A stretch of 63,652 bases of DNA, counting the filler, from Chlamydiia bacterium (GTDB lineage: Bacteria; Chlamydiota; Chlamydiia; Chlamydiales; FEN-1388), in assembly GCA_903848235.1 (NCBI GenBank). It is 7 parts of 7 records of this genome, joined end to end, with 100 filler letters (N's around TTAATTAATTAA, not from the genome) between each part and the next. Parts side by side here need not be neighbours in the genome. Positions count along the whole stretch, not along the records: positions 1 to 20,682 come from CAINFV010000109.1; 6 more parts are not named here. The stretch is one strand, 5' to 3'. Position numbers and translations under genes: made by a program. This document shows, piece by piece, positions 1 to 9,209 of this stretch. Position 1 is the stretch's first letter. Each line of letters starts with the position of its first letter. The notes under the pieces were generated by a model. That model saw only the letters and a program-made list of their open reading frames with translations, searched no databases and had not been told where the DNA came from.

Positions 1-66
1 CCTAGGCAGGCCATCTATGATAAATGCAAGAAGTATGAGAGACAACGAATGCGAAATCGGTCTCAA
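1..66. repeat. 66-bp exact copy of 61516-61581; right part of long hairpin element B
   Basis: CCTAGGCAGG...GGTCTCAA identical at both places. Confidence 0.95.
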
Positions 67-81
67 AAAATGCTAATGTCC

Positions 82-223
82 AGTTGAGGTTTTTTATCGC
101 GGAAAAAGCTCGAGATTTGACCATCAAAAAACATCCCATTGTACTATTGGATGTTTTTTGATGGATCAAAGATCGAGTCTTTAACGCGGCAAAAAACTCC
201 AACTTTCAAGTGGAAGCGGTATA
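82..223. repeat. Long imperfect palindrome, MITE-like family A
   Basis: Arms ...CCATCAAAAAACATCC / GGATGTTTTTTGATGG...; ends GCGGTATA; near-identical inverted copy at 59884-60048. Confidence 0.9.
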
Positions 224-442
224 GTTCCACGGTGACCAGCTTTCACTGGACTTTACCTCATCCTTGTGCTGTTGAAGCTTGATAGTCATAAGGGTGGGAG
301 CGTCCAAATGGTTTTTAAGGACGTACCTGCCATAACTCCTGTCTTTCTGGCGCTAAAACTCTTATTATGTTATGTTGCAAGAGTGTAGTTTGCTAATTAT
401 TTACATGTAGATTCAAGTTTTCGGCTCTTCTGTTAGAGCAAC

Positions 443-1279
443 ATGGATCTTAAAGAGTTGTTTTTTCAGATGAATCAACGTACAAGAGAATCTCGTTGCG
501 TATCGTTCGCAACAGCCACCTCCTACCCAATTAAAGAAGTCGCGCGGGTCTTCCGTGCCAATCACCAAGTCTCCTTCTTTCGAGACATCATTTATGTCGG
601 CCATGGAGAAGATGAACAGGGTTCTGAGACCGGAGCCTTTGTCTTCGGATATGGAACGGTTGTGATGTGGGGACTTTCCTCAGAGGAAGAAAAAGAGGTC
701 CTATCTACGCTAAAAATGTACGAGGAAGGCTCGTATGACGTTCCAGAAAAAGAGATCATGGCCTATAGCTATGGCAACAAGGGAGCTGTCATCGACGATC
801 GTATTATCCTCCCCTCACCGCATTTTAATGTAAAGCTTGCCTTCTCCCATGGTCTTGCCCAATCCGTCAAACTGTCGGTCTTTGAAGGGATCGTCAAGAA
901 AACCATCGACACCACGCGATCAATTCCAGAGCAGCTCTCAAAGTACGGAAGGATCCCTCTGTCGAAAAAAGAAATACAGCGCAAGATGGGAGAGCTTTTC
1001 ATCGAGCGAAGCTCTATCAACCTCCATTTCGATGTCCTTGATATTCCTGAATATTTCTGGGAACATGCGGATCTAGAGCCTCTCTATGCGATGATCGCAA
1101 CACATCTTGACCTTGAAACCCGTGTTGAAGTATTAAATCGGCGACTCGATGTCATCCATGACCTTTTTGAGGTCTTAGGAAATGAACTCAATCATCAACA
1201 CGCAAGCCGGCTTGAATGGATCATCATCATACTCATCTTAATCGAGGTTGCCCTCTCTCTTCTCAGAGATTTTGTGTAA
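443..1279 (+). CDS. RMD1/YagE (DUF155) family protein
   Basis: FxYGxVVxWG, SHGLAQSVKL, LNRRL and RLEWIIIILI motifs; sits next to yidD as in Chlamydia. Confidence 0.9.
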   Translation: MDLKELFFQMNQRTRESRCVSFATATSYPIKEVARVFRANHQVSFFRDIIYVGHGEDEQGSETGAFVFGYGTVVMWGLSSEEEKEVLSTLKMYEEGSYDVPEKEIMAYSYGNKGAVIDDRIILPSPHFNVKLAFSHGLAQSVKLSVFEGIVKKTIDTTRSIPEQLSKYGRIPLSKKEIQRKMGELFIERSSINLHFDVLDIPEYFWEHADLEPLYAMIATHLDLETRVEVLNRRLDVIHDLFEVLGNELNHQHASRLEWIIIILILIEVALSLLRDFV

Positions 1280-1284
1280 CTTTC

Positions 1285-1500
1285 GTGAAGCGTCCTCTTT
1301 TTTGCCTGATCAAACTCTACCAAAAGGCCATCAGGCCTTTGGTAGGGCCTTGCTGTCGCTTTTATCCTAGCTGCTCTAACTACGCCACAGAGGCACTGAC
1401 AGAACACTCGTTTCTCAAGGCTTTGTGGCTGATCACCAAACGGCTGCTCAAGTGTTCTGCATGGTCGCGCGGAGGGATCGATCTTGTGCCAAAAGCTTAG
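1285..1500 (+). CDS. yidD: Membrane protein insertion efficiency factor YidD
   Basis: YQKAI-PL, CRFYPSCSxY, RLLKC, GGIDLVP motifs; GTG start at 1285 chosen. Confidence 0.9.
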   Translation: MKRPLFCLIKLYQKAIRPLVGPCCRFYPSCSNYATEALTEHSFLKALWLITKRLLKCSAWSRGGIDLVPKA

Positions 1501-1649
1501 CGTAGTACATCCGATCAAGAAAAACAGTGCCAACGCAAGAATTTTTCGCCAGCTCCTAAGTCGCTGAAAAACTCGAGTTATTGTTGCGTTTTAATCCAGT
1601 CAATGCAAAATCCAATTTTAACCTTGGTTTTAAAATAGGAGATTTACGC

Positions 1650-2888
1650 ATGGCAGAGGTACCAGCAGCAATTAGTATTAGTTCTTTTGACGATTTGTAC
1701 AAACATGTACAGAAAGACCATTCTTCCACAACCGGCGATAAACTTGTCGGAGTCTGTTTGGCGGCGATCCAAAAAGCAAAAAGCGAGGGGGGGGGGGCAG
1801 ACTCGATCGTCGCTCTTAGCAAACTTGTTGCTGAAGGGGCTGTATCCAAAAATTCTGAGCAAAAGGCCTTGGCTGAGAAGATAGCACGAGCTTTTTCTAA
1901 GACTACTATGTATGGAAATCAAACACATGATGTCAGAGATAATTTCAAAAAAGCCCTGACAGGCGGTGCTTTTATTTGGGCACAATTAAAGGAAATTTAT
2001 CTCACTCCAAGAAATCTTTCCCGATATGGGGTCGATGAAAGCAAGAAACAAGAACGGTTAACCCAAGCGTGCCTCACATTAGTTTCGCCACCTGCCGGTA
2101 CTGAGGAAGAGCCTATCGCTGCGCAGAGTTCGAAAATAAGTAAAGAAGCTAAGGAGGCTTTCATTAGTACTGTAACCGGAGAAGATGCCCCTATTTTTAG
2201 GGATCGCAAAGAAGCTGAAAAATTTTTAAATGATTTTTTAGCCGAGGCGGAGAAGTTAGAACTTGGATCTTTTTTTCACTTTGCTGACACAGGGAAAGTG
2301 GCTGTTGCTGAAATAAAATATAAGGCACTCGAGTCCGATCGTGAAGGCAGGGTTAAAGAAGATCTTCAAAGAAAAATAACGATTGTGAATCCGGTTAAGT
2401 TCGCGGAAGATGTATCAGGTGGGGTGACGGGAGTTGAAAACGTCGGTACTATCCTCGTCGCTACAGAAATACTTGCGCTTCCAACAGTTGAAGAAATCGA
2501 ATCGGCAAAATTGACGTTCTTACAAAAATCGACACATACCGAATTAACTATTTTTACTAATCTAAATTACTATAAGAATGAGCACATTAAATATCTCATG
2601 AGGTACACTCTTTTCTCATTGAAACACGGGGCAGCTGGCGTAGACTTCGATTTTGCAAAAAAATTATTGGGCGCTTACAAAAGGTGTGTTGTCGATCCCT
2701 TTGATTATTACGGCTTCATGGAAACAAAAAGCAATGCACCAGGCGAATATGCAAGATCAGAGTTGTTACAGTTACTTGACGAAGTAGCACAATCGCCAAA
2801 TAAAAAAATAACCGGCGAACAAGTGGTCGAGCTCAGAGAGATGATTGAGGCGAAGAATCCGGAAGTCGTCTCATACTTTCAGCAATAG
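1650..2888 (+). CDS. ORFan, candidate T3SS effector
   Basis: 412-aa AT-rich ORF, AGGAGA RBS before ATG 1650, no recognisable family. Confidence 0.7.
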   Translation: MAEVPAAISISSFDDLYKHVQKDHSSTTGDKLVGVCLAAIQKAKSEGGGADSIVALSKLVAEGAVSKNSEQKALAEKIARAFSKTTMYGNQTHDVRDNFKKALTGGAFIWAQLKEIYLTPRNLSRYGVDESKKQERLTQACLTLVSPPAGTEEEPIAAQSSKISKEAKEAFISTVTGEDAPIFRDRKEAEKFLNDFLAEAEKLELGSFFHFADTGKVAVAEIKYKALESDREGRVKEDLQRKITIVNPVKFAEDVSGGVTGVENVGTILVATEILALPTVEEIESAKLTFLQKSTHTELTIFTNLNYYKNEHIKYLMRYTLFSLKHGAAGVDFDFAKKLLGAYKRCVVDPFDYYGFMETKSNAPGEYARSELLQLLDEVAQSPNKKITGEQVVELREMIEAKNPEVVSYFQQ

Positions 2889-2943
2889 CCTACAAAAACA
2901 ACTTAAAAACGCATGAGCTGGACTGTTTTTTTCTTCCACAAAA

Positions 2944-2970
2944 GCCCCCCCCTCTCTTCAAGAGGGGGGC
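2944..2970. terminator. GC-rich hairpin, probable terminator
   Basis: GCCCCCCCCTCT...AGAGGGGGGC downstream of 1650-2888. Confidence 0.55.
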
Positions 2971-3240
2971 ATTCACAAACAGCTTGTTGAGCAGCTTTTC
3001 AGCCCCCTTCCAACGGTGATTCCCCGGCTATTAGCCCAGGCTCATTAGCGCAAAAACGCACCTTAAAGTTTTCCAATAACGCTTTTTTATGCAACAAAAC
3101 GCAGTTTTATTTCATATTTAAAAAAAACTATTAAATAATATCGCATAATAAAATTAAGAAATGGTTTGTGAAATATCGAGATAATGCAATAACGCCCACC
3201 GAGAGGACACTATTGGTCATAGGACGCGTATGCATGCCAT

Positions 3241-3314
3241 CGGAATTTTCCACATTAAACCGGACTTTAGCATTTTTGGGGCCCCAAAAATGCTAAAGTC
3301 CAGTTGGAGCTACA
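3241..3314. repeat. 26-bp motif M interrupted by a mini copy of hairpin element B
   Basis: CGGAATTTTCCACATT [AAACCGGACTTTAGCATTTTTGGGGCCCCAAAAATGCTAAAGTCCAGTT] GGAGCTACA. Confidence 0.85.
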
Positions 3315-3399
3315 TAAAGCTGTAATTATCTTTACTTTAACGATTGATTTGTTTAAAATTATTTACAATCATTCAAGGCAATTTAAAAAAGGATACAAT

Positions 3400-4251
3400 A
3401 TGAGTTGTATAAGCAGAGACATGAGCGCAAGACGACCGGATTCTTCAATTCTGACTACTCAAAATCCCGCCTCACACAGCATTGGCCTCAACGTTTTAAC
3501 GCAATGCGTGTCAAGCCATGTCTTATCAGGACTCTGTAAAATTGCTGGGTATGAGATCTTACGGCATGGATCAAGCTGGGCAAACTACAAATCCATTCTT
3601 AGATCCGGCGCAGATCCACGAAGAGGAGGAACGACAACAGACCAATCCGAAGGAAGGTATGAAATAGGCACACACTACACCACTCTTGCAGACGGCAGTG
3701 TAAAAATTACGGAAACGAAAACGCTAAAAACAAAGATCAGTCCCTCTGCCAAAGGCTCAAGAAATCACTTTTATGTATTCAGAGACAGTTTTTTGGGAAT
3801 TGGGAAAAATGGCAAAAGAACATATCCCTGGATATTATCCACGATTGGAAAAAGATTTGGGCCTGTAATCCATAGTTACAATGCCTACGTAGCTGAATAT
3901 GAGAAAACCAGCAAGGAAGAGGCGGGCACTCTGAAAAGGATTGCAGCTTTTGCAAAGGGTTTTTTTACGCCAAAAATTAAATTTATTTATTCGCTCGATG
4001 AGGTCAATGGCGATAACGGTAAAAATGGCCTTTTCGAAAATGACCCCGAGTACGGTGAAGAGGCCGCCTACCGAACTTCTCAACCCCTTCCAGCAGACAG
4101 AATTGGCCTACTAGGACTTTTAGCTCACGCTAATAAAAAACATGTCATAGAGCATGTAAAAGCTCACCCCGGTAGAGTAATTCTAGGAATAATACAACTA
4201 TCCTGCGGGATTCTTTTTACAGCGGTTCCAGGATTAGGAGTGATCACGTAA
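3400..4251 (+). CDS. Hypothetical protein with putative ADP-ribosyltransferase-like fold and C-terminal hydrophobic helix
   Basis: LRHGSSWANYKSILRSGADP, HFYVF, DPEY..AAYRTSQPLPADRI; AAGGA RBS before ATG 3400. Confidence 0.55.
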   Translation: MSCISRDMSARRPDSSILTTQNPASHSIGLNVLTQCVSSHVLSGLCKIAGYEILRHGSSWANYKSILRSGADPRRGGTTTDQSEGRYEIGTHYTTLADGSVKITETKTLKTKISPSAKGSRNHFYVFRDSFLGIGKNGKRTYPWILSTIGKRFGPVIHSYNAYVAEYEKTSKEEAGTLKRIAAFAKGFFTPKIKFIYSLDEVNGDNGKNGLFENDPEYGEEAAYRTSQPLPADRIGLLGLLAHANKKHVIEHVKAHPGRVILGIIQLSCGILFTAVPGLGVIT

Positions 4252-4295
4252 GAGACTGTTCAGGAATACGTTGGACAAGCTCTAACGCTCTTCGC

Positions 4296-4331
4296 AAAAA
4301 AGACTCCTTTTTTCTTGAAGAGGAGTCTTTT
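4296..4331. terminator. Bidirectional intrinsic terminator
   Basis: AAAAGACTCCT...AGGAGTCTTTT between convergent genes. Confidence 0.75.
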
Positions 4332-4358
4332 ACAAAATAATCAAGACAGACGATGGTG

Positions 4359-5759
4359 TCAGTGAGGGATCCTTAGGACTTTTCCTGGCGCCAATGTTGT
4401 CCCTTTCAGTCCATTGAGATATTTCAACTTCTCCACATCAACATTAAACCGTTTTGCAACAGACCATAGGGTATCCCCTTTCCGCACAGTATAGACACGA
4501 TACGGCTGCAGCTGACGGGTGGCAACCCGCGTCGACACTTGGGAGGCAGGGGTTAAAGGCTTGGACGGCACAGGCTTTGGAAGTGGTTGTTTTGAGGAAA
4601 CGGGGGCCTCCACCTTCTGAGGCGATATCTTCACCTCTTCACTTCTCTTCGCCACTATAGCTCCCACCTGCCCAACAGACTGCGAAGAAGCTTCCTTTGC
4701 AGGATGGGCCATCAGCTGAAGCCACTCTAGCACCTGATCTCTGTTCATTGAAGAAAGCGTTGGCATGCTCGCTGCACGGGCAAGATAGGCCTGCGAGGCC
4801 TGCCATACCGGCAGCTTCCTCTGGCCATGCAGCAGCCGCATCGCAAGGCGCACGCCAGCTTCGCTCTGTGGCGGTAGGTACGAATATAACAAAATGACTG
4901 TATCGTCGGACGCCTGGAGGACGGCGGCGTCAGCATAGCTGGAAGCTACCAGCTCAGCAAGAAATGACGAAGGGTGGCTAGAGAATAGCGAGACGACAAA
5001 AGGGCCTATTTCTTTTGGGTCAGTATGTGTATGCCCCCACTCCACAATCGCCGAAAAAGCGTCGCCGCCGAGATCTTTGCTAAAGATAAGAAGCTCTGCC
5101 TCTGATAGGGCACTAAAAACACGGGAGAAGGTCGTCCATTCATCAGTGCGGAAGAGAGCTGCCTTCATCAACTCCGGATCATTTCCTTCTTTGATCTTCC
5201 TCACAATGCCTTCTGCTGTGAGCGGAACGGCTGTCTCACGGACAAAAGCTTTTACAGCCTGTATCTCCCGAGCGCCGACATTTGAAAAAAGCTTCACAAC
5301 ACATGCCTTGCCATCAGGGCTCGACCATGAGAAAGCTGACATCGGCTGCGGCCATGCTCCTAGCGGGCGCAGAGGGTCTTCTACTTGATATCCGCGAGCT
5401 TTTAAGAGAGCCAGGGCAAGTTCTTGGAGGCGGTAGCCATTTGCAACGATTTTTTCATCGTCAAGAGTGCTGATGAGCTCCTCATCACTCTTCGAAAAGA
5501 GGTCCGTCAACTCAGCTTTGAGTGAATCTGATCGAGAAGTCTCTGGAAGGGTGGCGACGATAGGCTCTTTTGTCTCCACTTCAAACCACAAGACGCCATC
5601 TTGCATCTGAAATACGAGGAAGGCGATGAGCGCAACATTCACAGAGAAACTTGCAACGAGCAGCCATGTAAACCAACCTGCCCCCCCACTGCCCTTGGGT
5701 TCTAGGACCCTGTGATGCAATCCTAGATGGTCAAGCCGTGCTTCAGCGCTGTACGTCAT
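4359..5759 (-). CDS. Membrane-anchored LysM-domain protein
   Basis: N-terminal TM helix; C-terminal YTVRKGDTLWSVAKRF..L..LNGL...L.PG..LRIP. Confidence 0.9.
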   Translation of the reverse strand: MTYSAEARLDHLGLHHRVLEPKGSGGAGWFTWLLVASFSVNVALIAFLVFQMQDGVLWFEVETKEPIVATLPETSRSDSLKAELTDLFSKSDEELISTLDDEKIVANGYRLQELALALLKARGYQVEDPLRPLGAWPQPMSAFSWSSPDGKACVVKLFSNVGAREIQAVKAFVRETAVPLTAEGIVRKIKEGNDPELMKAALFRTDEWTTFSRVFSALSEAELLIFSKDLGGDAFSAIVEWGHTHTDPKEIGPFVVSLFSSHPSSFLAELVASSYADAAVLQASDDTVILLYSYLPPQSEAGVRLAMRLLHGQRKLPVWQASQAYLARAASMPTLSSMNRDQVLEWLQLMAHPAKEASSQSVGQVGAIVAKRSEEVKISPQKVEAPVSSKQPLPKPVPSKPLTPASQVSTRVATRQLQPYRVYTVRKGDTLWSVAKRFNVDVEKLKYLNGLKGTTLAPGKVLRIPH

Positions 5760-6036
5760 ACAACATTATTTCCACTCTCGTTATTGTTGCACCCACTATA
5801 GAACTGGCGTCTGGACAAAATTTTGCCATTTTTGACTCATGGCTCCTAGGATATCTGTGAGCCAATCTGCCTTACAGATAGCACACGACTATCAGCTGCA
5901 GCAAATTGACCTACATCTATCCTGGAAACACTTCGCCCAAAACGCCAAAATTTTGTCCAAACTTCAGTATAGAACGTCCGTACAAAATTTCGCTTCTGCT
6001 GAATTGGGAAAAAAAGAAGAGAGGTCACCTCAAGCC

Positions 6037-6067
6037 AAAAAAAACGTGGGGAGGCGGCCTCCCCACG
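6037..6067 (-). terminator. Intrinsic terminator of pckG
   Basis: CGTGGGGAGG-loop-CCTCCCCACG followed by T8 on minus strand. Confidence 0.85.
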
Positions 6068-6076
6068 ATGATGAAG

Positions 6077-7852
6077 CTATGATGACAATGCTTTCGAAAT
6101 CTCGTTAAGCTCGGCTGCCATGCCTGGCGGGAGATGCTCTCCGAACAAGGCAAAATACTCCCGCAAGTCTGCCATTTCACTCTTCCACCCCTCACGGTCC
6201 ATCGGGAAAAGCGCTTTGTAGTCCGTTCCTTGCGGCAGCTCGAACGTCGATTGCTCTGGAATCAGTCCTACAGGGGTCTGAACAGCTTGTGCCGCCTTCT
6301 CAAGACGATTGAAAATCCATGCCAAGACACGCATGTTTTCTCCAAATCCAGGCCAGACAAACTTCCCTGCTGCGTCTTTGAGGAACCAGTTCACGTAGAA
6401 TATAGCAGGCAGATGGTGGCCAGGCTTTTCCATCGACAGCCAATGGCGGAAGTAATCGCCCATGTTATAGCCGCAGAATGGCAGCATGGCGAAAGGATCA
6501 TGGCGCACTTTCCCTACAACGCCTTTTGCAGCTGCCGTCGTCTCCGATGTCATAGCAGCACCATAAAAGACACCTTGTCTCCAGGAGGCTGCTTCACGGA
6601 TAAGAGGGACAATAGACTGTCGGCGGCCGCCAAAAATAATGGCGCTGATCGGCACTCCTTGCGGATCATTCCAAGCACTGTCCAGTGATGGACACTGGCT
6701 GATAGGGGCCGTAAAACGAGCATTCGGATGCGCGGCAGGCTTACCGCTGCCTGCGACATAAGGCTCTCCTCGCCATGTCGTCAGCCCTTCTGGAGGAGTG
6801 TCGGTAAGCCCCTCCCACCATATGTCGCCATCTGTTGTAAGCCCAACGTTGGTGAAAATGCTGTTTTTCTGAAGAGTGCCAATAGCATTTTTATTGGTTT
6901 TCTCTGATGTCCCTGGAGCGACGCCAAAGCATCCAAACTCAGGGTTTACTGCTCGCAGCTCCCCTGCCTTATTCCAGAACATCCAAGCAATATCATCGCC
7001 AACGCATTCTGCCTTCCACCCTGGAAGCTTCGACTCTATCATGGCAAGATTTGTCTTCCCACATTGGCTTGGGAAAGAGGCTGCCATGTATCTCTTCTTG
7101 CCCTCTGGATTTGTCACGCCAAGGATTAGCATATGCTCGGCAAGCCACCCTTGATCTTTGGCCATCCATGAGGCAAGCCGAAGGGCATGGCATTTCTTAC
7201 TCAGCAGAGCGTTGCCGCCGTATCCACTGCCATACGACCACACTTCCATCGTCTCCGGGAAATGAGCGATGATAGTGTCTTTGGGATTGCACGGCCAGCA
7301 GACATCTTTTTGCCCTGGGGACAGAGGCATGCCAACAGAATGAACGCACTGGACAAAAGGCTGTGTGCACGCTGCCTGCACGACCTCTTTGGTAATTCTC
7401 GTCATGATCAGCATATTCACAACGACGTACGGCGAATCGGTGATTTCCACTCCAATACGGGCATAAGGAGAGCCTATGGGCCCCATGCAATAGGGCACCA
7501 CATACATCGTTCTTCCTCGCATGCAGCCAGAGAACAGTGGGGTGACTCTGTCTTTACACTCTTTCGGAGACAGCCAGTTATTCGTAGGCCCTGCATCGAT
7601 TTTATTCTCAGTGCAGATGAAGGTACGGTCCTCGACGCGAGCGACGTCATCAGGATTAGACCAGCTTAAGTAGCTATTGGGACGCTTCTTGGGATTTAAA
7701 GGAACACAGGTGCCATTCTTGACGAGAAGCCGATACAGCTTTTCTTCTTGGTCCTTAGAGCCATCGATAACCTCAACGGCATCAGGCTGCGTGAGCTTTT
7801 GAATTTCTTCTACCCACTTCTTCAATCCACCTGACAATTCTATCTGCGCCAT
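6077..7852 (-). CDS. pckG: Phosphoenolpyruvate carboxykinase (GTP)
   Basis: FPSQCGKTNLAM, VGDDIAW, AHPNARF, FGGRR, HDPFAMLPFCGYN. Confidence 0.97.
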   Translation of the reverse strand: MAQIELSGGLKKWVEEIQKLTQPDAVEVIDGSKDQEEKLYRLLVKNGTCVPLNPKKRPNSYLSWSNPDDVARVEDRTFICTENKIDAGPTNNWLSPKECKDRVTPLFSGCMRGRTMYVVPYCMGPIGSPYARIGVEITDSPYVVVNMLIMTRITKEVVQAACTQPFVQCVHSVGMPLSPGQKDVCWPCNPKDTIIAHFPETMEVWSYGSGYGGNALLSKKCHALRLASWMAKDQGWLAEHMLILGVTNPEGKKRYMAASFPSQCGKTNLAMIESKLPGWKAECVGDDIAWMFWNKAGELRAVNPEFGCFGVAPGTSEKTNKNAIGTLQKNSIFTNVGLTTDGDIWWEGLTDTPPEGLTTWRGEPYVAGSGKPAAHPNARFTAPISQCPSLDSAWNDPQGVPISAIIFGGRRQSIVPLIREAASWRQGVFYGAAMTSETTAAAKGVVGKVRHDPFAMLPFCGYNMGDYFRHWLSMEKPGHHLPAIFYVNWFLKDAAGKFVWPGFGENMRVLAWIFNRLEKAAQAVQTPVGLIPEQSTFELPQGTDYKALFPMDREGWKSEMADLREYFALFGEHLPPGMAAELNEISKALSS

Positions 7853-7953
7853 GACGTAACCCCTCCTTGCTAATATCTAAATTCCCAATTCTTCAACGTG
7901 TTTTGGGGATAGGTATTGGAGAGACGTCGTACAGCAGACCTCTAGAACAGCTG

Positions 7954-9048
7954 CTAGGGCATGCCAATCAGACTTCGTCGTTTCTTGAATTTATCAAGAT
8001 ACTCCAATGCCTTTCCTGTCCCAAGACATACAGCTAATAGGGGGTTTGGAGCAATGATGACTGGAAGTCCGGTCTCTTTATTTAGAGCTTTATCAAGTCC
8101 TCGGATGAGGGCGCCACCTCCAGCAATCACCATTCCGCGCTCTACTAGATCAGCTGCCAACTCTGGCGGACACTTCTCTAGGGTGAGTTTCACAGAGTCG
8201 ATGATCTGCTGAATAGGCTCTCCTAAGCACTCGCGGATTTCCACAGAGTTGATTCTTCGTGTGACAGGAAGTCCTGATACCTGGTCTCTTCCTTTGACTT
8301 CCATTTCCAATTCATGCTCGCCGAGAGGATAGGCGGAGCCGATGGCGATCTTAATTTCTTCAGCGGTCCTCGGACCTACCATGAGGTTATAGGTACGGCG
8401 CATGTAGTTGACGATACACTCATCGAACTCATCACCTGCGATACGAAGGGAGCGCGATTCTACAATACCGCCCAAAGAGATGATAGCAATCTCTGTCGTT
8501 CCACCTCCGATGTCGATGATCATACTAGCTGACGGCTCGTGGACAGGGAGGTCAACGCCAATAGCCGCTGCCATAGGCTCTTCTATTAGCAACACCTCCT
8601 GTGCACCGGCATGGAGGGCAGAATCTTCCACAGCCCTCTTCTCGACACCTGTAATCCCTGATGGCACTGCAATTAAGATGCGGGGGCGAAATAAGCTCCT
8701 CGCGGGTGTCACCCGACGGATAAGCGCTTTGAGCATGCCTTCTGCGATCTCGAAATCTGCGATGACACCATCTTTCATAGGGCGTACCGCATGAATTTTC
8801 CGTGGTGTCTTACCAAGCATCGCCTTCGCTCTATGGCCAACGGCTAACACCTCTCCTGTCAATGGATCTACGGCGACGACAGAGGGCTCTGCTAAGACAA
8901 CACCCCTGCCTCTGACAAAGACAAGTGTGTTTGCCGTGCCAAGGTCAATCCCAATGTCGCTCGAAAAAACGCCTTTAAATCGCGCAATTTTCCGAGAGGA
9001 AAGACGGTACAGATCCATGAAGAAAGAGCGAGCTGTCATACATACCAC
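7954..9048 (-). CDS. mreB: Rod shape-determining protein MreB (start may be a few codons downstream)
   Basis: [31 protein letters not shown]. Confidence 0.97.
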   Translation of the reverse strand: MVCMTARSFFMDLYRLSSRKIARFKGVFSSDIGIDLGTANTLVFVRGRGVVLAEPSVVAVDPLTGEVLAVGHRAKAMLGKTPRKIHAVRPMKDGVIADFEIAEGMLKALIRRVTPARSLFRPRILIAVPSGITGVEKRAVEDSALHAGAQEVLLIEEPMAAAIGVDLPVHEPSASMIIDIGGGTTEIAIISLGGIVESRSLRIAGDEFDECIVNYMRRTYNLMVGPRTAEEIKIAIGSAYPLGEHELEMEVKGRDQVSGLPVTRRINSVEIRECLGEPIQQIIDSVKLTLEKCPPELAADLVERGMVIAGGGALIRGLDKALNKETGLPVIIAPNPLLAVCLGTGKALEYLDKFKKRRSLIGMP

Positions 9049-9132
9049 CGGTTCGTATCAGAAAGCAGAATGCTCTGGTGATAAAGAAGATGATCATGCC
9101 TGTCATTTCTTCTCTAACAACCATAAGCTATG

Positions 9133-9161
9133 GAGGCTTTTGCAAAACTGGCAAGAGCCTC
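9133..9161. repeat. Mini hairpin with IS5-like end GAGGCTTTTGCAAAA
   Basis: GAGGCTTTTGC...GCAAGAGCCTC. Confidence 0.7.
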
Positions 9162-9209
9162 TACGATAAGAAATTCACTTTATCTGTTTTTCTTGCCAAT
9201 TTGCAAGTG

